From Lingula anatina (lineage: Eukaryota; Animalia; Brachiopoda): a stretch of DNA of 64,000 nt. Shown here one piece after another: positions 37,889 to 50,340 of the stretch. Position 1 is the first letter of the stretch, and every line of letters begins with the position of its first letter. The position numbers and the translations under genes are program-made. The DNA is taken from NCBI GenBank assembly GCA_051362555.1, contig CM120642.1, positions 7,130,001-7,194,000 on the forward strand, in the 5' to 3' direction. The notes below the pieces were generated by a model that ran no database searches, was not told the origin of the DNA, and saw only the letters and a list, made by a program, of their open reading frames with translations.

Positions 37889-39907
37889 TCATGCGGGTGT
37901 GTGTATACATGTGCACCCCTGTATGCATATAATAGGTAAAATAATAAAGTTTTTAAATTCACAGAATATATTATTAATGATATTTTAGTATTAATAAACA
38001 ATATTATTTTGCAGGTATAAAGTTTGATATCTCAAGGACCCTAGGCCAGTGATAATTTATGTCTTCCCTCATCCTTTCTCCCTGGAGCTGCACATCTTCA
38101 CACACACCCACAGACACCAGGGAATCTGATAACTGTCATAAACGTCTGCCAAATTCATAATCAGACCATTACAGCCCAGTGGTCAGCAGACCAAGTGGCT
38201 GGAGAGGATCAAGACCGGAGACCAGCAGTCAGCTGGGTGGAACTAAATCAATTTCCTTATTTCCAGTTTTATGACCAAAAAAACGCCCAGATTCAGTATA
38301 AAGCAAAAGATTCAACATTTCTGTCAAATTCTGCCACTAAAACAGTAAAGTTTGCAAATATTCCCTGTGTGAAACGAGCTTCATGCCAGGAAAGATTAGG
38401 ACATTGGAGCCTTTAAATCTGTGTCCATCAATATCCATAGTGTACCCAAGGAGATCTGGTGATATCTGACCACAGGGGGGCAGCACCGAGGTATTATTAG
38501 ATTAACATTAAGCTATGAAGATGGCATTCAGAAAAATTTAAAATGTCATGTCTGTTTTTCTGTTTTGTTTTATAACCGAGATGTATTGTTGCCAGACAGG
38601 AAGGCATCTATGGGGGCAATGGAGAGAATTAATGTGTCAAAGGAGTCAAGTTCAAAGCTCCTCCTTTCTAACACCAATACACACCACTTGAAAAACCACT
38701 TCCAAAATAATCCCCAACTGTCAACTCCCTCCAAAGGTAACCAGCTTAAATTAATTCTTCCATGTACCTCATTATTTACCAATAATATCTGTCTAATATC
38801 ATCACAATGAGAAATCGGACTAACAGAAACTGGATTTTCAATAAGTCAAGTTCATCCTCAGTGGGTATTGTTATAGGTATTCACAGACAACCTGATCCCA
38901 TCGACTTTCCATGGATCAATTTGAGAGTAAACTGCCCCCTAAGTTTGATCGTATTACCACAGTCAGCAGTCAAGTCAATGGTGTGTAAACAGAGTAGGGA
39001 AGGATTGTGGTTTGAACCAGCCACCTTTCTTCCAGTTGTCAAATACTGGTTTGACATTCAGTAGTCCCTTGTTGAAAACGGCTGTGTTTCTAGTTGTCAC
39101 GTACTTGTGTTTTATCAACAGAGATGAAATGTTATTGTGTAAAAATAATACGCCTGATGACAGCCTCTTTATAGATAGCTCATGCACCAGGGCAACTCCA
39201 TATCACTAGATTTCAAACTCTTATTCACAAACCAAATAGCACCTCATTGTCCATGGTACTGACTTCATTTGCAGTTTGCATCTTTTTTTGAAACTGTCTC
39301 ACCATAGCGAGATATCCATAATAATAGATAATCCAGACATTAAATTATTATTTTTATTAATTATCATTATCATTATTAATTCATATCTAGCCCCCCCCCC
39401 AAAAAAAAAAAAAAAAAACCCTCACAAATATATAGCCCTACCATTAATGGACATGTTATAATCATCTAACAAGAAACTTAATCCAAATCACAAAAACAAA
39501 ACAAACAAAACAAAGCACAAACAAAGAGAGAGAAAGAGAAAGAGATCTCCTCCCTGTCAACGAGGGGGCTTGGTGTTGCAGGAGCAGATGAAGGAGGCAC
39601 ACAACACCTCTGAGCACCAGATTAACATGCTTTGGTACTTCACAGCCTGACTTTTCACACCTTCCCAGCGCAAACAACCACCTTATAAACCAGCCCGCGC
39701 CGACATCGTGTCTCGTCAGAGTAAACACTGGCAACCAAAGACATGCAAAATGCTTGTAGTCCAGGCTAAAAGTTAACAAGGTAAGTGATAGAGGTGAAGA
39801 TTGTGGGAATGGGGTTAAAGGGTCCTTTTGGAGTCGGTGTATTTGTGGGTGGGGGTGGTTAGGGAGATTGGGAGGAGGGGCATTCATGGTCCTCTTGGAT
39901 TTTGCAA

Positions 39908-39913
<6 letters not shown>

Positions 39914-39990
<77 letters not shown>
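39914..39990. repeat. (GA)~38 microsatellite
   Basis: Direct reading. Confidence 0.95.
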
Positions 39991-39994
<4 letters not shown>

Positions 39995-41510
39995 AGGGAG
40001 TGAGGCAAAGATACATTAAAGTACTATAAATTTTGAACAAAAGGCTTGTAATGCTGAGGCAAGAGGAGAAATGGGAGAGCTGACTCCTAACAAAAAAAAT
40101 CTCTTTTTCAAAAAGAAAAAAATCACAACACAGACATTCACTACAAAACTGCTCTCAGCTAACAAACCAATTTAAGACTATTTCCTAAATATTCTTTAAG
40201 GCATCTCCAAATAAAGAAACCTCTTTGAAATGTCTACCTTAACCTAGAGACATGAGCAGCTGGAATTTACACACACCACAGAGCAAATTAGCCTAGCACC
40301 TTTTATCGCAGTGCCTAATCTACTTATATAGCGATATCAAAGCTATCTCCCCATCACCTCACTTCTCGTGGTTGCCATAATACAAACCTCTTGATAGTGG
40401 CCAATTACAGAGTTAGGAGAGGAGGATAGGTGTTTGGCAATCATCAAATGACTTTAAAGCAAGCATGGGGTTGGTGGGGTAAGAGGGTGGCAAAGCGAAG
40501 GTGTAGTTTTAGAAAAGCATGTGAAGGTCTCTTTTTTTAGTCCGATTTTAGTCCCAACTTAAATCACTTGTCACTTTGTAGGCTCACTGCAGTTTTGCTG
40601 GTAAGGTGAACTCCACGATGTGTTAGATGTGACAGAACACAATTCAAGCACAACCTTCATAATGCGTCTATAAAAAAACATCTAAAACGTAAGTGTAGCA
40701 ATGATGTTGAAATATTATAGAAACATAACTTCTTAGCATTTATCTGATCCAGCCTATTTTCTTTTTCTAAATCATCAGGATTTTTTACTTAACTAGCCTC
40801 AGATGATAGGCAACAACTTAGTGCTAGGTAGAAAAATAACGAGGTATTTCTTTTTCTTACTTGATAAAATATTCCTTCTCACTGCAAAATTCACAGGAGA
40901 TAGAAGTCTATTCCAAGGTTGTGGTAGGAGAATGCTATAAAAGGAGGAAACCTCTCCCCCTCCCCTGAATCCCCTCACCCACTCCACCCCCCCCCCCCCC
41001 CATACCCCCATCCTTATCTTAAAAATAGTTTCCTACAACTTCTGAACCCATCTTTTTGACAACTGAATGATGGAAGTGACCAAAAAGGAGGAAGAATCCT
41101 TCCCTGCATTCGTTTCAAATCACAAACGCATTGCTATTGGGCAGCAATGTGGAGCCAGAATACCTGGGATTATTGACCATTGAACAGCTGACCCTCAAAG
41201 CTATTGGTAAACAACAATGTGAAAACCACATAAACAAGAGATCAACTTGTCAGTATTCGAATGTTCACAGTTCTGATACAGCATGCTTGAAGTGCTTGCA
41301 TTACAAGAACGTTGGCACAGGATGTAAAAACCAAGAACCTACAGGAATACAAATGGCAGAAGTATTTTTTGTCTGTAAGCAGTTTTAGAATGTAAAAGGA
41401 AGTGTATCAGTGCCCTAAGTCAAACATTAAATGGCGAGGTAGTTTATCTGACCTAAAAAATTTTATGTTTCATCAACTTAATGTCCAACATTTCTTTTAG
41501 AATCCATTTT

Positions 41511-41514
<4 letters not shown>

Positions 41515-41559
<45 letters not shown>
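41515..41559. repeat. Interrupted (CT)n microsatellite
   Basis: Direct reading. Confidence 0.9.
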
Positions 41560-44500
41560 CCCCCTCCCAATAATTCTTCAGCCATTTCAACAACACATGG
41601 CAAGAACATAAAATAAAAAGTGGCTCCTTAAAAAATCTCTCGATGTTTATAAAAGTTAACATGCACCTCTGTACACAATAGTTGGTGGCATATCTGATAT
41701 CCTTGAGAACTGGTAAAAACCTTGTTTAAAAACATTTTCTTAGACCTGTGTTCTGTCAACTACATAGCATGCATAATTGGTACCAAAGGCACACCCAATA
41801 AGGCAGTAAAGTGCATTACAATCAGCAATAAAAACCCCCACAGATAAATACAAATGATGATGATATGAATGAAGATAACACAAAAGATAGGAGAAAATTT
41901 TGTTTAATTGTGTAATTAGACTTGAGGCAAAACCATATGGGAATCATACATTCTATAAAGACATTTTCATTTGACAAATACAAAGTATGTAGTGTTGATA
42001 GTAAACAAATGAGTCCATTACTCTAAATTTATAACGCTATAAAAGTGAGATCTTTTGACTGCTGATTGCAGTAAAGAGCCTTTTTGAACAATTAAAATCC
42101 AGGAATATCCCTGCTCTTAGAAACAAAGTTTGTGAACTATCATTATAAGCATAAAATTACACAATATTACAAATGAGGACTCAAAATATGATTTAGTGAA
42201 AATCATATAACAAAAAAAAAAAAAAAAAAAAAAAAGGATGTTAGGCTTTGAAGCTGGTCCGTACACATGGTTTTAAGCCTAAGAAATGTAATAATCACCT
42301 CAGTTTCACCACGGGCCAATCATTATCTCAAGACTGGGATTTGAATCAGGACATAATGACCTCATTTCAAGTCAATAATTGATTAATAAAACAAAGTTTT
42401 GGCGTAAATAGGACAAAAAAATGCATGATATTTGCCAGTAGCTCACAGCATGTTTTAACCCTCTTCTGGTTAGTGACAACTTTTCTCTCATTTCAATGTT
42501 TTATGTTTATAAAAAGACAAAAAAACACCTCAGATTACAACAATTCCCAGCTGAAATGTCTTGAGTTCACAAAACTAAAACAAACCTTCCAAAGAGACAA
42601 TGGAACACAAGGCAAAACCATTCAGAACTTCTCTTGAACAAATTCCAGTTCCGAATTTGAGCCAAAGAAAGTGAATTAAATTACACGGTTAGGCTATTAC
42701 TATTCCCCCTATAAGCATAGTATAAGGGCACAGCTGTAGGTACAGTTATACAAAAAAAAAATACTCTTGGAACCAGATTCATTAAAAGGGTGATTTCAAA
42801 GATAACAGAGATAAAGCACTGCTCAAAAATACATAAGTAACTGTATCTGAAAAGTTTTCTTTCACCTATCCAATCTATGATAGATACAATTTGATATAGT
42901 TAAAGTGTACTACCAAGTGCATTTAGCTTTGCAAATTGGAGTGTGCAACTCTCATTTAGCCTAGTTCCCTTAGAAGCAAGCACAAGAAACTCTTTTAGAA
43001 ATAATTGTGTTACAACTATAGCCTACCTTATCTATAGCCTTGAACATGTCTTTCCATACTACACATCAAACTAAGATTCACAGAGACCACAAAACATCCA
43101 CTACCACATACAATACCTTAACTCCATTGTAATCATGTCTTCTACTTACTGCCTATAAATACATATGAATGATCATTCCTACCCAATTACTAAATTAAAG
43201 CAGACATTTCTTTTAACTCACTTATTTCTTTAAAAACATTTCTATAAACATACTGATAAAAAAAACAACAACACGATTGCCTGGTTAACTTTCTTGGACT
43301 GCGGACCGTGTGAGGCCATCTGTAAACTTTGATTTTGTCTGACTAAACCCTGCCTTGCCCTACTGGGAGCACAAGTCCCAATTAACCCCAATACTAAACT
43401 CAGGAAACCCTACAAAAGAACCCTTTTCTTTTCCTTTTTTATTTTCTTATTTTTTTCTATCAGACTATTTTCCATCTGGGTGAGCTGGAGCTTTTTCAAC
43501 CCAAACATGCCTGTAACGATTATCAGTTAAAAGTACAGAACTTGTTTTTCTTGCCTTTTAATGATCATCTTAAATAAGCATGCTTTGTTTCTGTTGTTCA
43601 TTCTGTAATAAAATTGTTACTCATTTTTGATTTTGTATCTTTTTGTTGCAATTTTAATGGGTTTATCCTGGCATATGTAGCAGGAGGACAATTTTAATGA
43701 TGCGTCATGGCGTTTCCATGCAAATAGATATACACTGAACATACCTCTACTGAATTTCTAGCTGTCATTCAAAACATAGTATTCTGTACAAAAGAAATCT
43801 GCTTCCACAGACAAAAACTGAATGATCCTCTGTAACATTTATGCTTTCAAGATATATAGATGTATACAAAAATGTTTATACAAGAAACGGGAATTATGCA
43901 TACTAAAAAAATCTTATAATACTGTGAACTGTTGGAACAGGAAAACGATTCCTACAGCGCAGCAGCAGCTGCACTGAATTGACCCCATTCATTCAACAAC
44001 GCTCATTCACCAACTGCTGAAACATTCATTCATTGCCTCCAATGAAGTCTGCATGGTCATGTGCCATCAGCATCAGCATCTGAGAATTCTATTAGCTCCA
44101 GGAACAGCTGTGACCAAATGCCTCCAAGTTTTTTAGAGCCTCTTTCTCCCTATTTAATTCCATGTTAATAGTACAGACATACAACCTGACCCACTGACTG
44201 GTACTACCCAAACAAACTCAAGTTTCTGACCACCAATGGTGTCTGGAGAAAAAGTTCTGGTCAAGTTTGGGTCAGATGGATGTTGCTGCTTCTCAGAGGA
44301 CATTCCAGTGAAATATGAACCAGTCACAATATGTTTTAAATCATTAACTTGAAAAAAAAAGTATTTTAGGGTATGCAATGTCCATTGATATAAAAAATCT
44401 GTTTTAAATTGCTACACTGAAGTGTCATGCAGTAAAATCACAATTTTTCAGAATTCTCAAACATTTTGTGAATATGAATTAGTCACATGATAGTCATATA

Positions 44501-44692
44501 TTAATTCTTTTGAATAGGCATGCTTTGCCTGCAAAAAAAAAAAAAATCATTCAATCACTGAAATGTTTTTCTTATGAAAAGAATGGGGATTTCTATAAAA
44601 GCAAGAAGCACCTGAAATCAAAAATGGTAATGAAATCACACAATATTCTCAAAACATCTGCATAAAGACTGAAATGAAAAAAATTGTCTTAC

Positions 44693-44846
44693 CTAGAAGT
44701 TTTCTCTCACGTGCACTCTTCCATATTTTATCCACAGCATTTTTGTGAATTCCACGAACACGTTCACTGAAACTTCGTGTCCACTGGTAGTTTTCCTTGA
44801 CCGTGTCCTCACAATCACAGCCATATTCGTAGACATCCATTTTCAT
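44693..44846 (-). CDS. DLC1: Alternative first coding exon (phase 1): MKMDVYEYGCDCEDTVKENYQWTRSFSERVRGIHKNAVDKIWKSARERKLL(E)
   Basis: 51 codons + 1 nt, donor TAG|gtaaga, in frame with SAM exon A over a ~39.6-kb intron. RSFSE...WKS.RER+L resembles an N-terminus I recall from vertebrate DLC1/STARD13 isoforms (RSFSEH...WKSTR-RRLAEIEAKEAC). CpG-rich. Confidence 0.88.
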
Positions 44847-47800
44847 TAGTGATAAAACTTCTTTAAAAACACAAATGCAATGATTACCAGAAATTCTGTC
44901 CTAAATGGTTCTCAATTAAATTAGTTCCAAGAATTGATCAGTTTGAAAGTTTTCTTACCCAACTTCAAGATTTATTCTTTCTTGTCCAAATGCCAAGGCA
45001 CACATACATACATATCTTACTGCAGCGATAATCAAACACATGGTAGGCATTCACAGGAAAAATATTTCCTCTTCTTCAATTTTTCAATTATAATTACAAA
45101 TCTTTGAAATCTGTAACATTTTTTCTCTAGTCCACTGATTATCTTTCTGAGCAGTGCTATACATAACAGAGAACCATATGTTACTGGCATTCACCAAGTT
45201 TCCAATCAATGGTACAGTACAATTACCAAGACAGCTGGAGCGAAAAAAGTCTTCAACAGTTAACTAGATTCTCTTGCTCCAACTGATGTGAAGCAACTGA
45301 GCTGAAGATCTGCAATAATGACAGTGGACAGGCAGCAACTGTAGCATCCAATCCAACTGCAAACACAAGAAATGAAACATTTGCTAAGGCATCAAGCTCC
45401 TTCAAGTATTATTCTTTCAAATTTTGTTCATCAGCATCACACATAACACTAAATAAGAAGACATCAGTTCCGATCTGAGAGTCAAATCCAACATGGCCTC
45501 TAAAGTACCCGTTTATGCATCCTGAGTTTGTCCATCCATCTCTTTTACAGAATGGCACAGATTTCAAGTTCAAGCACTCCTTTCAAGTTGTGTTATTTCA
45601 CAGGCCACTACCTTCTCAGCACCAAACTTTTCAGCTCCAGGCTGAAAAACTGGAAGATCTACAGCAGAGGGCAGACGTCTGAAAATCTGGCGAGCAGGTG
45701 ACAAGACAATCTAGTACCTGTGGGTACCTGTAGCTGATACAAACCTACCTGCAGTGAGCAAGAGCAATGATTTAATGTCTCCCAGGTTCTTTGAAGGTTT
45801 TCCTGTTTTTCGACCTGTTTCAGGAACGGGCTGATGCACACACTGTTCTGAGAAATACAAGTTTCTCTTCAAAATCTTTCAAAGAAGTGAGTGTGGGATT
45901 TTGCTCCTTGGTTTCCTGACTTCCACTCCAAATCAAAAGATTTTAAATGCAAAATGTCTCAGACTACCAAAAGTGCCGCTTCTTGACCTTCTAACTTTCC
46001 CACTGAACCAGTGAAAGACATCCACTTTGGTCCTTTTCCAAATCTGGTAGTTCTAAAATTTCTTGAGTTCTAAATGAAATAAATAAACAAGGTCATTTAC
46101 CAACTTCACGTTTACCTTTTGCTATACTTACTAGACCAATCCCTTCCTTAATTATGCCCTTCAAACTTCTAATAATCCAAACATTTTCCTTCTAATCATC
46201 TTATACTAAATATACTTCTTTTAAACAATAATTCCTACATATTTATTTTTGTTAAATCCAAACATTTTTTTGTAATTTGTTCCACAACTTTCAATGGATA
46301 CTTCATACATACCATTGTTTCTATAATAAAAATTTACCATTTGTCATTTAATTAAGCAAAATTAACGATATAACACTTCCTTAATGAGAACTACTTAAAG
46401 CTATCGTATTCCACCAAATGGGTTACTTGCAACATAAACATTGTATGCTATAATGTCTCAAGTTCTAAATAAATCTCCAGAGCTAGTGATTTCCTGATTC
46501 TACCCATGCTTTTGAGCATTCAACATACCTCATTACAAATGCCCACTTCATTAATGTGATAACTCAGCGCTGAGGTGTCTGATAAATGCTATCTTGTCTT
46601 AAAGAGTAAGCTTCATCCCCAAACTTCCTACACTTGATAACATCAGCTGCATCCTACCAACCTGAAGCCTGTTTGCTTGCTAGCTCGGTAGATAAATAAA
46701 ATATCTGTTTCTCTCATTTGGTTCCTTCTATGTACACTCCCTTTTCTACAGTTACTCAGTCCTCTAATCACCATGGGCAGTAACCAAAAATTAAGAGAGA
46801 GAAAGAGAGAGCAATCGGTCACAGTGTTTTTCTCCTAACTGACAATATCTTTACTTTTTCAAGTTGTCACCCTCTTACATAGTAATTATGTTGCCAAGAT
46901 GGACAAAGCCTGAGACTGTCCATCTGATATGTTCTTATTATTAAGTAATCACCTTCGTGCCTGTCACTGTCTAGAATTGCAATCAACTTACTGCTCTTAT
47001 TTAAGTGTTGGATTATTTAAAAGGAAAAATATTAAGTTGCAGCCACAGTTATTTAGTCATACATGTTCCCTATTATTAAGGTTGTCATTGTCAATATCTA
47101 ACTGTCATTGCAGTAATGCTGTTACTGTTACAATTTGACCTACAATTTGCAAGGGTGTACTATAGTCTTGGGATCCAAAGAATAGTGCCTACATTACTGA
47201 CACTGTCAATGTTGTCATTGTATTCATACCATTCTGTTATCACTGACTTTCAGTGCAAGGATGTAATCATCAAAATACCCATTACACATGGTCTGCACTA
47301 CTGATGTTGCAAGTGTATTGTAATCACCAATGTATCTGTTGTTACTGTCTCACACAGCATTTATCTTAATTGTCATACCTGACAACATACTGGGTTATAT
47401 AACCCACATACTAAAGTTATTAGGTTACCGAGCATTTGGACTCCACCAATGCTACCAGGTACTCAAGTTACCGTATTTTTTCTTGTACCAGGGGAAGAGG
47501 GGACTTGAGGAATTTTACCATTCAATATCACAAACTTCTCAAATCTCAAGATGGGCTACTTTGTTCCCTGTAATTGCCAGGCCTGTCTTAGTAAAACTAA
47601 ATATTTGTGTGCCTGCCAGACTGATAGTCACAACAATGACTCGTGGCCAGATGTGCTCTTAGCAATGGGCTTTAGAAAATATCCCCGCCCCTTGTTGTCT
47701 TTTTTTTAAGTGCATAAAAACCTTTAGCTGGCCAGTTTTGACCTTGCACAAAACAGACTCAACATTTCAGTAACAATATATCAGAGATCTTTGACTATTC

Positions 47801-48642
47801 AGTGCCTGAGCATCATTAATTTAAGCTTTTTTGTTGCTCTTTATTTTTCGACACTTCACCTAATGCTAATTTTTCAAAGTAACATAACTCAAATAATGAA
47901 TTCATAACAAAAAACTTCATTCTTTAGAAAGATATTTTACGTATATCAGTGTAAAACAGACATACACAAACAAGTTTTTTTTCCACAATTCTTTTTAACA
48001 GTAAAAGAATGAACAAAGGTAGCTCAAAGATAGACCACACAGGAATACCCCAACAGGGACATAAACAACTGTCTACAGGAATCCTGAGAACATCTTTACT
48101 GATATTAACCTTTACTGTCAACATCATCTTACTACCCAAAGGCGAGGGGGGGGGGGTCCACTATGAATTTCATGCACATTTTGATTGTTTCCAGAGTTAA
48201 AGCAGGTTTAACATTCATTTATGGGTACACAAAGCCTTATTTATGTTCTATTTACACAACTGTCATGAAAATACTGTTAATCTTCCAACATATTTTTACC
48301 TGGTAAATTTAAAGAAAAAATTAACAGCAAGTTAGAATTAACCTGATGTTGTCCTTTCTGAAAATCTAAAATAACTTATATTGCAAAATTTAGGAAAGGG
48401 GAGGGGTGGAAAAAGAGTAAGGTATATAGTAATTTACAAGAGATGGTGCCTCTGAAGCTTAGTTTACAAGTGTTGCCAAGTGGTTTGTAAACAACAGCCC
48501 TCCAGAGTTAGGGCAAGACATGCCTACGCAATAACTAGTAATTGTATGTTTTCTTTTGGTATGCAATTAGTGTCAGTGATTGCATGTAAAATATGCCATA
48601 CAACAGTTAACAGAAATGTAATCAAGCAGTGTTGCATAACAT

Positions 48643-48660
48643 TGGCCACCAGATGGCAGT
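48643..48660 (+). promoter_or_regulatory. CTCF core motif match TGGCCACCAGATGGCAGT
   Basis: Matches the CTCF consensus CCASYAGRKGGCRS; binding is not shown. Confidence 0.55.
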
Positions 48661-50129
48661 TCTATGCTCTTCAGAGAAACAAAATATTTAACAGCACAAA
48701 TCGAGCACCTTAAACAGTCTGCACTTAGGGAGCATCTGCTGTAAATTTTCAATTCCCAGACCATTCTGTGTTCTTCTGTGTTGAATGTTTTTAATTGGCA
48801 AGCCACATTTTTCTCAGGTTCCAGATCATTGTACTGACACATGGTCATAGCTTTGATAGTGCGTGGCATGTACCACCTATTGTTTTATCTGGACCCAAGT
48901 ACCAAAGTCATAAATATTGTGAATCAAACTGTATAAACTTCTTGTTGGTTTATCCTGGGAAGAAAAAATCAACTTGCCTGGCCCCTTCACCCAAAAGGCT
49001 CTATATTTTTCTATTTTTGTGGTGATGACACAGATAAAAAATTTGAAACATAGTGGTGAGGGATAACACATCTCTTCATATCCCATAACCCAAATAGCCC
49101 AAGTTACTATTGGTCAAATGCAGACGCCTTTCCAACTCTTTGGAACCAAACCTGTCTCTGCAACTCCTGTTACCCCCCCCCCCCCCCCACAACCACCAAT
49201 TCTACACATTTTTATTGCAATACTTTTTCCAGCAAACAATTTCATCAGCTGTGTTACGTACTCAAAAATACAACAAAAAAAAAAAAAGAATTCTTCAAAT
49301 TAGCTGATGTTTGCACAAAGTATTATTTTAATTCTGAACACTTTTTCCACTACCAAACTCCATGTTTGCCCCTCAATCTATTGTTAATCGAGGGCTCTCT
49401 TTGATAGTGACACCCTTCTTGTAACCTTCCCACTTCTGTGTGGACAGTACAAACAAACTGAATACTCCATTATCATAACCGGCTCCATCTGAATGCTGCC
49501 AATTACCATCATCAAACAGAGTAATATTTAACCTTCTTAACTCCAGAGGACCACCATGTCAAAGAGGGAAATAAAAAAAAAAATTGCTATATAATTGATG
49601 CTGTGTAGTATGGAATCAATATTCGAGTTAAAAGCTCTTTCTAAATTACTCTCCCTTTTCCTACCTGGACCCAGCCTTCCCTACAGGAAAAAAGGTGATT
49701 TTCAAAGTGAATTTTTTTATGAAACTCTTTTGAAATTGTTATATGATCTTAGTTAAAAGGGTATGCAACTTAATTTAAAACTACTAAGAACTCCCTCTTT
49801 TTCTCTCCTTATATATACTTATCTTGAACCTCATCCTCTTCTAAGTAGGTTCAACCTTTTATTTTCCTATTTGAATTTATTAAGCACTTTCTCGCTAGCT
49901 GAATAGCATTCTCAGGCATCTCTTCTTCTGACCTAAAAATCCCTGTTTTACTTCAATGTCAATTAAACTAACCATTTTTTTATAAGCTGCATTCCTTATT
50001 GTAAACTAAACCAACATTTTCCTTACCTACCAAAGTATAGGTGCTTCGATGGCGCCCATCTGTTTGATTTTAATTAAATTCCAGACACCTCAACAGTCAA
50101 ACTGTGATCATTATTATTACCATGAACTA

Positions 50130-50340
50130 CAGTAATTACTCTAAAATATCAAACACTACACTTTTATCAATGTTGGACTTTCTTGAAGCCCTCTCATTTT
50201 TAGTTTTCAAAACATTTGACATAAACCAAACTTTATTGATTTTCATGTCTTATTAACCATCTTCTTCAGGTATTAGGCACACCAGTTTTATGAGCTAAAT
50301 ATACTGTTTAATTTTGTTCAAATTTTTAGAGTAACTACCG
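50130..50340. mobile_element. Tc1/mariner-like MITE, 211 bp
   Basis: TA|cagtaattactctaaaa ... ttttagagtaactaccg|TA: imperfect TIRs flanked by TA. Confidence 0.7.

Noticed and set aside
39462-39887. 141-aa minus-strand ORF, the longest in the track
   Set aside because: Built from low-complexity and SSR sequence, with no recognisable homology.
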